DNA of 64,000 nt from an uncultured Pseudomonadota bacterium (GCA_949296475.1 CASFOK010000002.1:10660-74659); one strand, 5' to 3'. Counted from the stretch's first letter, positions 19,812 to 30,193 are shown. The notes: generated from the sequence alone by a model not told the origin. A program made the numbers and translations.

Positions 19812-20333
19812 CTATCTTTGTAAAGAATAAACCAAGTGTTTTATTGGTCTGACAAAAACATTAGAGTGTTTTATATCAGATAACTTACTTAAATTATTAG
19901 AAAAAACAATCACATCTTCCGACTTTTTCTTGTTATAATCGTTTGTGGCATATTTTTCTGTTACCGACCAAGACTGCACAACATCACAAAACCCCCAAAA
20001 AATTCTTCTAAGATTTTCATTATATACAAATGCCCCCTGGGCCCCTTGAATAATATCGCGTCTGGGCTCGGGCACTATATACCACGATTTATTATTATTT
20101 TGTTTAAAATTTATGAAATCTTGTTTGTAATAATTATCAAGAACCTGCCAAGAGAAAAAATCCTGTGGTCTTTTAGCCAACGAACCTATATAAGCCAGCG
20201 CCCTGCCCGCATTATATTTATCTTTGGCAGATAATTTTTTCCAATTTTTTCGCAAATCACATTTCGCCAAATCTTGAAAACAAGAAAAAGCCGAACCAAT
20301 AGAATCATAAACTTTTTTATCTTGCATCGTCAT
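19812..20333 (-). CDS. Hypothetical protein, tandem paralogue A (173 aa)
   Basis: Long ORF with no TM segment or signal peptide. Aligns by eye with the neighbouring ORF (KVYDSIGSAF...AGRALAYIGSLAKRPQDFFS versus EVYSCIKLGF...AAEAIKYMKLVAKQPRRYFS). Confidence 0.6.
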   Translation of the reverse strand: MTMQDKKVYDSIGSAFSCFQDLAKCDLRKNWKKLSAKDKYNAGRALAYIGSLAKRPQDFFSWQVLDNYYKQDFINFKQNNNKSWYIVPEPRRDIIQGAQGAFVYNENLRRIFWGFCDVVQSWSVTEKYATNDYNKKKSEDVIVFSNNLSKLSDIKHSNVFVRPIKHLVYSLQR

Positions 20334-20340
20334 TTTTTGC

Positions 20341-20853
20341 TTATCTACTTTTATTATTTATCCGCATCTCGTTAACTTGTCGTTGAAACTTACATGCCAA
20401 GTCGGCAATTTCCTGTGCACTATGTTCCGCCTCTAACACACAAGTTCTGTTATTATTTTTGTCGGTACGACTATATTCCCATATTTGTATTGCATCGCAT
20501 AATTCTTTGTACCCAAGCGTTATATCACCAAATACAGACAAGTTAATTTTATCGTATACAATATCTTTCGGGGATTTAACGCTAGAAAAGGCAAAAAACT
20601 CATACTTTGGGTTTTCCTTTGCCCAATCCGCCGCACGTTTTTTCCAAGACTTTTGCGTACTCATTCTTGAAAAGTACCGTCTTGGTTGCTTTGCAACAAG
20701 CTTCATGTATTTAATCGCTTCCGCAGCGTTTGCTCTTTCTTGTTTTGTTATCTTGCCACGACTGCTTTGCAATTTATATGTTGCCATAATATTTAAATTT
20801 TTAAATCCTAATTTTATACAAGAATATACTTCCTTTACTGATATAACTGACAT
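20341..20853 (-). CDS. Hypothetical protein, tandem paralogue B (170 aa)
   Basis: See paralogue A. Separated from it by 7 nt on the same strand. Confidence 0.6.
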   Translation of the reverse strand: MSVISVKEVYSCIKLGFKNLNIMATYKLQSSRGKITKQERANAAEAIKYMKLVAKQPRRYFSRMSTQKSWKKRAADWAKENPKYEFFAFSSVKSPKDIVYDKINLSVFGDITLGYKELCDAIQIWEYSRTDKNNNRTCVLEAEHSAQEIADLACKFQRQVNEMRINNKSR

Positions 20854-20951
20854 AAGTACCCCCTGATTTTAAAAGTCTGCTGCACAATGTTTAACACAAA
20901 AGTATAAAAATGTCAATAATCAAGGATATATTTCTTGAAAAATGGAATTTA

Positions 20952-20960
20952 TGTTATAAT
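20952..20960 (+). promoter_or_regulatory. Candidate extended -10 promoter element upstream of typA
   Basis: TGtTATAAT (TG at 20952-20953, TATAAT at 20955-20960), 43 nt upstream of the typA ATG. Confidence 0.3.
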
Positions 20961-21003
20961 CTATTGAATACAAAAAACTGTAAGATTAATAGGACACATA
21001 AGT

Positions 21004-22836
21004 ATGAAGATTCGTAATATTGCGATTATCGCACACGTTGACCACGGCAAGACAACATTGGTTGACAACATGTTAAAACAAGCGGGTACATTCCGCGAGA
21101 ACGAAAAAGTTGCAGAACGCGTTATGGACAGCGGTGACATAGAACGTGAACGCGGTATAACAATTTCCGCAAAACCTACATCTATTTTATGGAACGGCTA
21201 TAAAATTAATATCGTAGACACACCAGGACACGCAGACTTTGGCGGCGAAGTAGAACGTATTTTATCTATGGTAGACGGCGTTGTCCTGTTGGTTGATTCT
21301 GCCGAAGGACCGCTGCCACAGACAAAGTTCGTTTTATCCAAAGCGCTTAAATTAGGTCTACGTCCAATAGTGTGCATAAATAAGGTAGACCGTGCCGATG
21401 CCCGTCCAGAAGAAGTTCTAACAGAAACATTTGATTTATTTGATAAGTTAGGTGCAACAGATTCTCAGTTAGATTTCCCATATTTATATTCCGTTGGTCG
21501 TGACGGCTGGGCGGTACGTAATTTAAATGATGAACATAAAGATTTAACGCCTTTGTTTCAATTAATCGTAGACCATGTACCTGCACCTGATTGTAACGGT
21601 ACGCGTTGTCAATTAGACGCACCATTTAAAATGTTGGCAACGACACTAGAAGCAGACCCATATGTCGGCAGGATTTTAACTGGCAAGATTGAATCAGGTA
21701 CTGTAAAAGTCGGTCAATCGGTCAAAGCAATAAATATGAAAGGCGAATTCATAGAGAACGCCAAAATTACAAAAATCATAGAACATCGTGGTATTGAAAA
21801 AGTATCTCTGGAATCAGCATCAGCTGGTGATATCGTTGTTATCGCAGGATTTTCAAAAGCAACTGTGGCAGATACGCTTTGCGCACCAGAAGTAACAGAA
21901 CCAATTCCTGCAATGCCAATTGATCCGCCTACCCTAACGATGACATTCTTTGTAAACACATCGCCACTTGCTGGTAAGTCGGGTAAAAAATTAACCTCTC
22001 GTATGATTGGTGAACGCTTATTTAAAGAGGCAGAAACAAATATCGCCCTGCGTATCACACAAAGTGAAAACAACGAAGCGTTTGAGGTATCAGGTCGCGG
22101 CGAATTGCAACTGGGCATTTTAATTGAAACGATGCGTCGTGAAGGCTTTGAACTAAGCGTAAGCCGTCCCCGCGTTGTTATGCAAGACGGACCAAACGGT
22201 GAAAAGTTAGAACCTATTGAAGAAGTTGTAATTGATGTGGACGATGAATTCAGCGGCGTTGTCATTGAAAAAATGACTAAACGCAAGGCAACGATTACAG
22301 AAATGAAGGCCTCTGGCGGCGGTAAAACGCGTATAGTATTTTCTGCACCATCACGCGGTCTGATTGGATACTTATCAGAATTTCGTACCGACACGCGTGG
22401 CACGGGCGTTATGAATCGCGTTTTTTCCGGATATGAACCTTACCGCGGTCCGATAATGCAATACAGGCCTGGCGTATTAGTATCTATGGAGAAAGGCGTC
22501 GCAGCAACATATGCATTATTTAATTTGCAACCGCGCGGGACTTTATTTATCGGCCCACAAACAGAGGTTTATTCCGGTATGATTATCGGTGAACATAGCA
22601 AAGAAAATGATTTAGAGGTAAACCCAATAAAAGGTAAAGAACTTACCAACGTTCGTTCTGTAACGGCGGATGAAAAATTATTTTTGGCGCCTCCCCGTAA
22701 AATCTCTCTGGAAGAAGCGTTATCCTATATCCAAGACGATGAATTGGTAGAAGTAACCCCTGCGACGATTCGTCTACGCAAAAAAGAATTGGACAGCAAC
22801 ATCCGCAAAAAAACCAGAAAGAATGCCGAAATATAA
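21004..22836 (+). CDS. typA: Translational GTPase TypA/BipA
   Basis: IRNIAIIAHVDHGKTTLVD, DTPGHADFGGEV, NKVD, and the BipA-specific C-terminal domain. Confidence 0.96.
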   Translation: MKIRNIAIIAHVDHGKTTLVDNMLKQAGTFRENEKVAERVMDSGDIERERGITISAKPTSILWNGYKINIVDTPGHADFGGEVERILSMVDGVVLLVDSAEGPLPQTKFVLSKALKLGLRPIVCINKVDRADARPEEVLTETFDLFDKLGATDSQLDFPYLYSVGRDGWAVRNLNDEHKDLTPLFQLIVDHVPAPDCNGTRCQLDAPFKMLATTLEADPYVGRILTGKIESGTVKVGQSVKAINMKGEFIENAKITKIIEHRGIEKVSLESASAGDIVVIAGFSKATVADTLCAPEVTEPIPAMPIDPPTLTMTFFVNTSPLAGKSGKKLTSRMIGERLFKEAETNIALRITQSENNEAFEVSGRGELQLGILIETMRREGFELSVSRPRVVMQDGPNGEKLEPIEEVVIDVDDEFSGVVIEKMTKRKATITEMKASGGGKTRIVFSAPSRGLIGYLSEFRTDTRGTGVMNRVFSGYEPYRGPIMQYRPGVLVSMEKGVAATYALFNLQPRGTLFIGPQTEVYSGMIIGEHSKENDLEVNPIKGKELTNVRSVTADEKLFLAPPRKISLEEALSYIQDDELVEVTPATIRLRKKELDSNIRKKTRKNAEI

Positions 22837-22859
22837 CATATAAAAATTGGTCAATAAAC

Positions 22860-23705
22860 ATGAAAAAAAATTCATCCGATATAAAAAAAATTGCGGCCAT
22901 AACTATGGCAAGAAACGATGATTTTTTTCTCGGCAGATGGATTAAATATTATGGCTCGCAAATTGGCGAAGAAAATTTGTATATATACCTAGATGGTCTT
23001 GACCAACAAGCACCAAAAAACGCCGGCAAATCTAATATCACCAAGATTCCGCACCAAGAACAAATTGTTCATAAAGGCGACAAAACAAGAATATTGTTAC
23101 TATCCGACCTTGCGAAAGATTTATTCGCCCAAGGCTATGATATAGTAATCGGTTGTGACTGTGACGAATTTCTTGTTGTTGACCCTGATAAAGAAATGTC
23201 TTTATCATATTACTTATCTAGTATAAAAAACAAAACTTCTGTATCTGGTCTGGGAATGGATGTAGGGCAAGATTTAAACACCGAAGAACAATTAAATATA
23301 GACCAACCTTTTTTATCACAAAGAAAATATGCTTTGCTTTCTACCAGATACACAAAACCGGTCGTATTATTTAAACCGGCAACCTGGGGCAGCGGTTTTC
23401 ACAGTGTTAAAAGACATAATTTTCATATAGATAAAAATTTATACTTATTTCATTTTGGCAGTGTTGACTTAGAAATGATAAAAAACAAAATTGGTGACCG
23501 CAACCCTTCGTGGCAAAAGCACCTAAAAAAACGCGCCAGAACAATTGATATAATAACAAAATCAACCAGAAAAAATAAGTCAACTAAACTTGCCAGAATG
23601 CTGCAAACCTTGTTGCGCCCTATATACGACATGAACAAACCTGCCATGCTGGGGTTAAAGTGGGTAACCACAATACCAGAAAAGTTCAAACAAATAAGGA
23701 TATAA
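22860..23705 (+). CDS. Putative glycosyltransferase (GT2-like, Glyco_tranf_2_4-type)
   Basis: AAITMARNDDFFLGRWIKYYG...IYLDGLDQ and the acidic motif GCDCDEF. Recognition by eye only. Confidence 0.55.
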   Translation: MKKNSSDIKKIAAITMARNDDFFLGRWIKYYGSQIGEENLYIYLDGLDQQAPKNAGKSNITKIPHQEQIVHKGDKTRILLLSDLAKDLFAQGYDIVIGCDCDEFLVVDPDKEMSLSYYLSSIKNKTSVSGLGMDVGQDLNTEEQLNIDQPFLSQRKYALLSTRYTKPVVLFKPATWGSGFHSVKRHNFHIDKNLYLFHFGSVDLEMIKNKIGDRNPSWQKHLKKRARTIDIITKSTRKNKSTKLARMLQTLLRPIYDMNKPAMLGLKWVTTIPEKFKQIRI

Positions 23706-23708
23706 AAA

Positions 23709-24797
23709 ATGACAACAATATCTATAATTGTACCAATATATAATGTAGAAAAATATATAAAACAATGTCTTGATTCATTGGTAAATCAAACATACAAAGA
23801 TCTAGAAATAATATGCATTGATGATTGTGGTACAGATAATTCTATCAAAATCGCACAAAGTTTTGCAGAAAAAGATTCACGAATAAAAATAATTAAACAT
23901 AAAAAGAATTCCGGTATTTCAACAAGTCGTAACACCGGGATAAAAAATTCGTCGGCGCCGTACTTGATGTTTTGTGATCCAGATGATTGGTATGAACCAG
24001 AAATGTGCGAAAAAATGTTACACGCCATAACAAATAACAAAGTGGACTTGGCTATGTGTGGTATTAATGTAATATATGAAACAAATAAAAACCTAAAAAA
24101 ACACGACAAAACTTTTGCAATAAAAAAAGAAGGCGTTTTCAATATAGACAACAATTTTATATTGACACACAAACCTGGGCTGCCTTTTAAAATATTTAAA
24201 AGAGAACTGATAGAATCATATAATTGTAAATTTCCTGACGGGTTGAAATATGAAGACTTATACTTCTTTAACGTTTATTGCTTATGGGCAAAAAAGATAT
24301 ATTTATTAAAGGATAAATTATATAATTATCGCAGACGCCCGAATTCTATTATGAACAAATCTTTCTCAGGCACTACGAATGCATCTTTGGATATGATAAA
24401 AATCGCCATAAAATATTTTGACTATATAAAAGCAAATAATTTATATAAAAAACAATTTGATTATTTTTGGTCGAATTTATTTATTCGCTGTGTCAGAACA
24501 TCATTGACTTTCGCCGTTAAAAACGAATTCAAAGAAGAAATATTTAATTTGTGCAAACAGTTTATTTCGGAAAACTATGACTTTAATAACAAAAACAAAG
24601 AAACCAACGCTTTAATTAACAGTATTTATCATAAACAATTTATGAAGAAACAAAAGAAACTTGGTGGTTTAATATACGAATACAACGACGGTATAAAACA
24701 CAACTATTTACTATTTAACGTGTTTTCTTTATTAAAACGAAAAATAACAGAAAAAAATCAAAAGAAATATTATATATTTAATATAAGAATATCATAA
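23709..24797 (+). CDS. Family 2 glycosyltransferase
   Basis: ISIIVPIYNVEKYIKQCLDSLVNQTYKDLEIICIDDCGTDNS and the DxD-type motif FCDPDD. Confidence 0.85.
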   Translation: MTTISIIVPIYNVEKYIKQCLDSLVNQTYKDLEIICIDDCGTDNSIKIAQSFAEKDSRIKIIKHKKNSGISTSRNTGIKNSSAPYLMFCDPDDWYEPEMCEKMLHAITNNKVDLAMCGINVIYETNKNLKKHDKTFAIKKEGVFNIDNNFILTHKPGLPFKIFKRELIESYNCKFPDGLKYEDLYFFNVYCLWAKKIYLLKDKLYNYRRRPNSIMNKSFSGTTNASLDMIKIAIKYFDYIKANNLYKKQFDYFWSNLFIRCVRTSLTFAVKNEFKEEIFNLCKQFISENYDFNNKNKETNALINSIYHKQFMKKQKKLGGLIYEYNDGIKHNYLLFNVFSLLKRKITEKNQKKYYIFNIRIS

Positions 24798-24818
24798 TCA
24801 TATAAACAGGTTCAAAAC

Positions 24819-25820
24819 ATGAAAATAGATATCGTTTATTTATGGGTAGACAGCGCTGATACAAAATGGCGTTCTTTAAAAAATAAATGGGAAACTATTG
24901 TAAAAGGCCCCAAAAATGTTTCAGAATATGCGTATAATGAATCACGCTGGCGCGATAATGGCGAGTTTAAGTATTCTTTACGTAGCGTAGCGAAACACAT
25001 ACCTTGGGTTAATCATATTTATATTATCACCGGTTTTAATCAGGTTCCAAAATGGTTAAATACAAAACACCCAAAAATAACAATTGTACCACACGAAGAT
25101 ATATTTCCGGCTAATGCATTGCCTACGTTTAATTCTAGTGCTATAGAAATGTGCATACCCAACATAAAAAACCTATCTGAACATTTCTTGCTTATGAATG
25201 ACGACTTGTTTTTTAACCGTGATTTAAAACCGACGTTTTTTTATGACCAACAAGGTCGTGCAAAAGTTTTGTACTCGTCTATGAAAATAAAAAACAAAAA
25301 TATTGGTTTATGGATGGAACAAGAAGACGCTTACACACAAACTCTTATTTTATCTGCAAAAATGATAAACGATGTATATAAAAAAAACGTATATAAATAT
25401 CGTCCATCTCATGGCATAGACCCATACATTAAATCATCCTGGATTCAATGTCGCAATCATCCATTATTCAACAAACAAATTGATTCACAAATATATAACA
25501 AATTCAGAACAAATAACGAAATCCAAAGGTGGATGTTTAATTTATATGATTTAATACATGGAAAAGCCAAATTTTATCATTCCAGGGCAACAAAACATTC
25601 CAAGGTACCTTTTATTTCTTTTTTATATAACACATTATTTTACTTTCAGACCAAACGTTCACCAGTCTATTGTACTGACGCAACCAAAGCAAAAAAGGCG
25701 TTACAACGTGCACCAATTTTTTGCATAAATGATTCTCCGTCTACTGACCAGGTCACACTAGAAAACAATTCTAAATACATGGAAGAAATGTTTCCAGAAA
25801 AATCACCATTTGAAAAATAA
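24819..25820 (+). CDS. Stealth-family protein (capsule/exopolysaccharide hexose-1-phosphotransferase type)
   Basis: CR1-like IDIVYLWVDSAD, CR2-like RWRDNGEFKYSLRSVAKHIPWVNHIYIITGFNQVPKWLN, and CR3-like MNDDLFF. Confidence 0.75.
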   Translation: MKIDIVYLWVDSADTKWRSLKNKWETIVKGPKNVSEYAYNESRWRDNGEFKYSLRSVAKHIPWVNHIYIITGFNQVPKWLNTKHPKITIVPHEDIFPANALPTFNSSAIEMCIPNIKNLSEHFLLMNDDLFFNRDLKPTFFYDQQGRAKVLYSSMKIKNKNIGLWMEQEDAYTQTLILSAKMINDVYKKNVYKYRPSHGIDPYIKSSWIQCRNHPLFNKQIDSQIYNKFRTNNEIQRWMFNLYDLIHGKAKFYHSRATKHSKVPFISFLYNTLFYFQTKRSPVYCTDATKAKKALQRAPIFCINDSPSTDQVTLENNSKYMEEMFPEKSPFEK

Positions 25821-25824
25821 CGTG

Positions 25825-26847
25825 CTATTTACAACTTTTCATAAATTTGCAAATATTACAACGCAGTTTTTTTGTCCATTTATTAGGTGGATTATCAAAA
25901 ACACCTATTTTTTCTAACTCGCAGAAACGTGTACGAGCCACTTCTAAATCTGCATTATTATCTAAATACTTTATTTTTCGGAACGCCCATTTAATAAAAT
26001 ACCATTTAAACTTTTTAGACCACTGACGCATTTGATAATCGTCTGCTTTGTCTTTATACAATAAATAAGAATATTTTATTCCATCGCATAAACTTTGCAA
26101 AATACGAAGTTGTTTTGCTGACAAAACAATGCCACCAAAATTTGGTATATAGAAGTACAAAGGCAATGCACAAATTGTCACGCGCGGATTTTTCAACATG
26201 ATTGCACTCCACCATGGGAAATCTTCAAACAAAATTCCTTTTATAAATGGGGTATCTGCAATCAAATCACGTTTATATAAATTCTTCCACACTTGGCAAT
26301 GTTTTATTAACCATTTTTTATTTGGATTAAATGCATTATGTGCCCGTTCCGTTGCATATGCAAATACATCATCTGTCACCAAAGTTTTTATCTTTGCGGG
26401 ATTATATTTTTTATGAAGTCTTGCCGGTATCACATTATCTGTATCCAGCCCTAATTTATATCGCACCATTAGTTGCGGTCTATATATTCTGTCATATGTA
26501 AAAGACACAATATCAGAATTATCGCGCGACGCCAAATAATGAGTTATTTCCAACGTCTGTGGATGAATAAAGTCATCGCTATCCAAAAACAAAATATAAT
26601 CACCGGTTGCTATTTGCATACCAGCATTTCTCGCATCTGATAAACCACCGTTTTCCTTATTGACTATTTTAAATCTTTTATCACGCGCAGCATATTCAGA
26701 TAATATAACGCTGCTGTTATCCGGACTGCCGTCATTAACACATATCGCTTCCCAATCTTTGAATGATTGATTTAATACGCTGTCCAAGCATCTACGCAAA
26801 TATTTTTCTACATTGTAAATCGGGATTATAACTGAAACAGTGGTCAT
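25825..26847 (-). CDS. Family 2 glycosyltransferase
   Basis: VSVIIPIYNVEKYLRRCLDSVLNQSFKDWEAICVNDGSPDNS and FLDSDD. Confidence 0.85.
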   Translation of the reverse strand: MTTVSVIIPIYNVEKYLRRCLDSVLNQSFKDWEAICVNDGSPDNSSVILSEYAARDKRFKIVNKENGGLSDARNAGMQIATGDYILFLDSDDFIHPQTLEITHYLASRDNSDIVSFTYDRIYRPQLMVRYKLGLDTDNVIPARLHKKYNPAKIKTLVTDDVFAYATERAHNAFNPNKKWLIKHCQVWKNLYKRDLIADTPFIKGILFEDFPWWSAIMLKNPRVTICALPLYFYIPNFGGIVLSAKQLRILQSLCDGIKYSYLLYKDKADDYQMRQWSKKFKWYFIKWAFRKIKYLDNNADLEVARTRFCELEKIGVFDNPPNKWTKKLRCNICKFMKSCK

Positions 26848-26859
26848 AAAATATCCTTT

Positions 26860-27756
26860 TTACATTTTTAACATTTTATCAGCAAAAGACCCTTTTATAG
26901 TTTTTTTCGCTTGATTGTATGTAGTTTTCTGGAAAAACGCCCCAGCAGTAACATCATCAAAAACTTTTTGGTCAAATGGTTTGTTATGATATTTCCACCA
27001 CAGCGCATGTGTTGGATCTTGGTCTACATGCGGCATTTTTGCAAAATATTTCTTTGCCCTTTCATCATTCATAACCAAAGTCTTGAACAGCAACTGATGC
27101 ATAAAATAATCAAAACTACGGTTTTCATGTATCCAATAATCTAAAATCATGGCACGCCAAGCATCTAATAAATAAGCGCCTTTTCTGGACCTAATAAAAC
27201 AATTTTGCATAAAGCTGTATGGGCTACCCACATTTTGACCAGCAAGATAAACAAAAAAATCTTCATCTATAATCCATTGTGGTATTTCTGACGTAGCAAA
27301 ACCCGTTGAATCTAACCAAAAACCACCATATTCATATAATAATTCTACCCTACAGATATCTGCAAAATGAGCATTCTTTATTTTTCCCTGTTTACGTTTT
27401 TTAAGAATTTTTTCTGGCAATGTTATATAATCTAATAACGTTTTTTCATCTAAAACAACCAGTTCTTGTTTACAATGTTTACGAATATTTCTGAAACAGG
27501 CTTTGACTAATTCGGGGGCATTTTCTTCACCCTGCAACCATATAGAAAATATTTTTTCGTTTTTATCATTTTTTTCAACTTTTCTTTCAGGAATGGCGGC
27601 GGCAGCCGGCAGATAACGTTTAAAATATTTTGGTATCGTTTCTGATATTACACCACTGCGTACCGCACGTCTAACGTCCCTGGGACGCCAAAACCAATTT
27701 AAAATATGCCCACGTATTATGATATCAGACATAGCACCTATTCTTGCAAGATTCAT
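26860..27756 (-). CDS. Capsular-polysaccharide-synthesis-type glycosyltransferase (Caps_synth / Gly_transf_sug-like)
   Basis: IWLQGEENAP..., HFADICRVELLYEYGGFWLDSTGF. Confidence 0.65.
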   Translation of the reverse strand: MNLARIGAMSDIIIRGHILNWFWRPRDVRRAVRSGVISETIPKYFKRYLPAAAAIPERKVEKNDKNEKIFSIWLQGEENAPELVKACFRNIRKHCKQELVVLDEKTLLDYITLPEKILKKRKQGKIKNAHFADICRVELLYEYGGFWLDSTGFATSEIPQWIIDEDFFVYLAGQNVGSPYSFMQNCFIRSRKGAYLLDAWRAMILDYWIHENRSFDYFMHQLLFKTLVMNDERAKKYFAKMPHVDQDPTHALWWKYHNKPFDQKVFDDVTAGAFFQKTTYNQAKKTIKGSFADKMLKM

Positions 27757-27770
27757 TTATAAACCCTTTT

Positions 27771-28847
27771 TTATTCTTCAACGTTATCAGCAGCACCATC
27801 GTCAACAGGTCCCGTTGTCATTTCTTCGGCGATTCCGCTTGCACGCGCCATTATCTTATCCAATAACTCCTTTTGAACATCTTCATGTTCTTTTAACCAT
27901 TGACGCGCATTCGCCTCGCCCTGCCCCATACGTTCATTATTGTACGAGTAAAAACTACCCGCCTTTTCAATCAAATCGTTTTTTACACCCATATCCAGTA
28001 TTTCACTTATTCTAGAAATACCTTCGCCGTACATTATCTTAAAGTCAACTGTGCGGAAAGGAGGGGCAACTTTATTTTTTACTATTTTAACACGCGTTTC
28101 GTTTCCAACGATAGTTTCTTTATCTTTAATTTGCCCTGTGCGACGAATATCAAGACGTACAGACGCATAGAACTTTAACGCATTTCCACCCGACGTAGTT
28201 TCAGGATTACCGAACATAACCCCTATTTTCATACGAATCTGATTAATAAATATCAACAAAGTATTACTGCGCGATACACTGCCCGCCAGTTTTTTCAAAG
28301 ACTGACTCATCAATCTGGCGGTTGTACCAACAAAAGAATCGCCTATGTTACCTTCTAATTCTGCCTTGGGCACCAAAGCGGCAACCGAATCGATAACGAC
28401 AACATCAACGGCACCGGACTTTATCAAAGTGTCTGCGATTTCCAAGGCTTGCTCGCCAGAATCAGGTTGTGAAATAATCAGATTTGCAACATCAACACCC
28501 AACTTTTTTGCATACGATGGGTCAAGCGCATTTTCCGCGTCTATATATGCACAAGTCCCGCCTTTCTTTTGCGCTTCGGCTACGGCATGCAATGCCAAGG
28601 TCGTCTTACCAGAACTTTCTGGTCCATAAATTTCAACGATGCGCCCGCGTGGATACCCGCCAATTCCCAATGCAATATCCAAGCCCAATGAACCAGACGA
28701 AATCGCTTCTATGTTTTGTTGGCTACCGTCCCCCATCTTCATGATGGCTTCTTTGCCAAATTGTTTTTGTATTTGTGCCAACGCCGATTCCAACGCCGGA
28801 TTTTTTACTGGTGAATTCGTTTCTTTTGCCACTTCTTTTTTTGCCAT
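27771..28847 (-). CDS. recA: Recombinase RecA
   Basis: [12 protein letters not shown] and [37 protein letters not shown]. The ATG at 28847 has AAGGGGA upstream. Confidence 0.97.
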   Translation of the reverse strand: MAKKEVAKETNSPVKNPALESALAQIQKQFGKEAIMKMGDGSQQNIEAISSGSLGLDIALGIGGYPRGRIVEIYGPESSGKTTLALHAVAEAQKKGGTCAYIDAENALDPSYAKKLGVDVANLIISQPDSGEQALEIADTLIKSGAVDVVVIDSVAALVPKAELEGNIGDSFVGTTARLMSQSLKKLAGSVSRSNTLLIFINQIRMKIGVMFGNPETTSGGNALKFYASVRLDIRRTGQIKDKETIVGNETRVKIVKNKVAPPFRTVDFKIMYGEGISRISEILDMGVKNDLIEKAGSFYSYNNERMGQGEANARQWLKEHEDVQKELLDKIMARASGIAEEMTTGPVDDGAADNVEE

Positions 28848-28936
28848 AAAAATCCCCTTTTCTTTTCTTGAAATGATACAAAGAAAAAGCACTTTACGCA
28901 ACGAAAATTATACAAAAAATCCGGGCATAAAAATAT

Positions 28937-30121
28937 CTATTTTTTGCCGATTAAAACTAATGCGGAAAAGCCCCCAATTACGGCCGTAACTATCCAAACG
29001 GCAGACGTTGTGCCCGCTATTGCGATACAAGCAGCACCAAAGATTGGCGCGATAACATTTGGCAGATTTACACTTGTTCTGAAAACGCCATAAAATTTTG
29101 TTTGCTCTGATTTTTTTGCCTTGTCAAAGAATAACAAATCATGCACAGATTCCATCAAAGCCCCCGATATTTGCCACAGAACAAATATCGCCAACAGCGG
29201 GAAGCCCGTCACAAACGTTGCCAAAACTGAAAAACCGGCGAAAGACAAGAAACCAAGCATCAACCAAAGTTTTTTACCATACTTCTTGACCAATTTTGCC
29301 ATCATCTCAGACAGCACCAAATAAGGTATTATCCCCAAAGTCAAAACCCAACCTAACGCATCATTAGAAAAGCCGCTTTCTATTACGACAATCGGTACAT
29401 ACAAATAACGCATTGCGCGCAAAGAATAATACCCGAAATTAACCGCATACGCACGCGCCATACCAGGGGTTGCAAAAAACTTAACGGCATTTTTCCATAA
29501 AGCCTTAAAAGTTCTTCTGGGGTTAACAGGACTAATTTTTTTATCTTCTTGTACAATACGAAAATATTTAAAGAACACCCAACCTGCAAAATATATCAAA
29601 GCAGACGCAAAAAAAGCCGCCCTATTACCAAATTGATTGGCAATTGCCACGGCAATCATAGGTGCAAACAAAGCACCAATATTCAACCACAAATGATACC
29701 GAGAGTTTAATTTTGCCATCCCTATATTTTTAGAAAAATCGGACATAAACAAAGGAATCAATACCCCAACCAAAGTAATCGCTATCCCCGTTGTATAGTC
29801 CAAAATTATAAATGTACTGGGACGTATAGAGAAACTCATCATCGCATAGCAAACCGCCAACATCAGCATAACGAAATAAAAGACACGCACTTTTGAGAAT
29901 CGCCTAAACAATTCATTTGCGAACAATCCGACAATCATACAAAACGCTGCATATATAGCGACATAAATACCAACAACCGCAGAGTTTCTAAAAATTTCTA
30001 AAATCACCAACGAATAAACGGCGTTATAAATACCATCAGCAAACCCCGTGAACAAACCCAGGTTTGAAAAAGAAAAACCGCTAATACCGTTTTTTACAGA
30101 AATATATTTATCTTTTGCCAT
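28937..30121 (-). CDS. MFS-type transporter
   Basis: 394 aa with about 12 hydrophobic segments in 6+6 organisation. Substrate unknown. Confidence 0.75.
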   Translation of the reverse strand: MAKDKYISVKNGISGFSFSNLGLFTGFADGIYNAVYSLVILEIFRNSAVVGIYVAIYAAFCMIVGLFANELFRRFSKVRVFYFVMLMLAVCYAMMSFSIRPSTFIILDYTTGIAITLVGVLIPLFMSDFSKNIGMAKLNSRYHLWLNIGALFAPMIAVAIANQFGNRAAFFASALIYFAGWVFFKYFRIVQEDKKISPVNPRRTFKALWKNAVKFFATPGMARAYAVNFGYYSLRAMRYLYVPIVVIESGFSNDALGWVLTLGIIPYLVLSEMMAKLVKKYGKKLWLMLGFLSFAGFSVLATFVTGFPLLAIFVLWQISGALMESVHDLLFFDKAKKSEQTKFYGVFRTSVNLPNVIAPIFGAACIAIAGTTSAVWIVTAVIGGFSALVLIGKK

Positions 30122-30169
30122 AATGTGTTTATTGTATCACAAAAAATACAATATAACAAACAAGACAAA

Positions 30170-30193
30170 TAAAAAAATCCGCCCACGGCGGAT
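30170..30193 (-). terminator. Intrinsic terminator after secB
   Basis: atccgcc-cac-ggcggat, followed on the minus strand by a T7 run. Confidence 0.8.

Noticed and set aside
19812-20853. The tandem unknown genes as a toxin-antitoxin pair
   Set aside because: The two products are similar-sized paralogues of each other. They do not form a small antitoxin plus toxin pair, and no known TA motif is visible.
21714-22403. 229-aa ORF on the minus strand
   Set aside because: It is antisense to typA (a conserved translational GTPase). It has no start context and a Ser/Ile-rich shadow-frame composition.
22863-22890. Two A8 tracts in the first 11 codons of the first glycosyltransferase gene, as phase-variation switches
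   Set aside because: A/T runs of 7-9 nt are frequent throughout this AT-rich window, including in housekeeping genes. The tracts are therefore not distinctive without population data.
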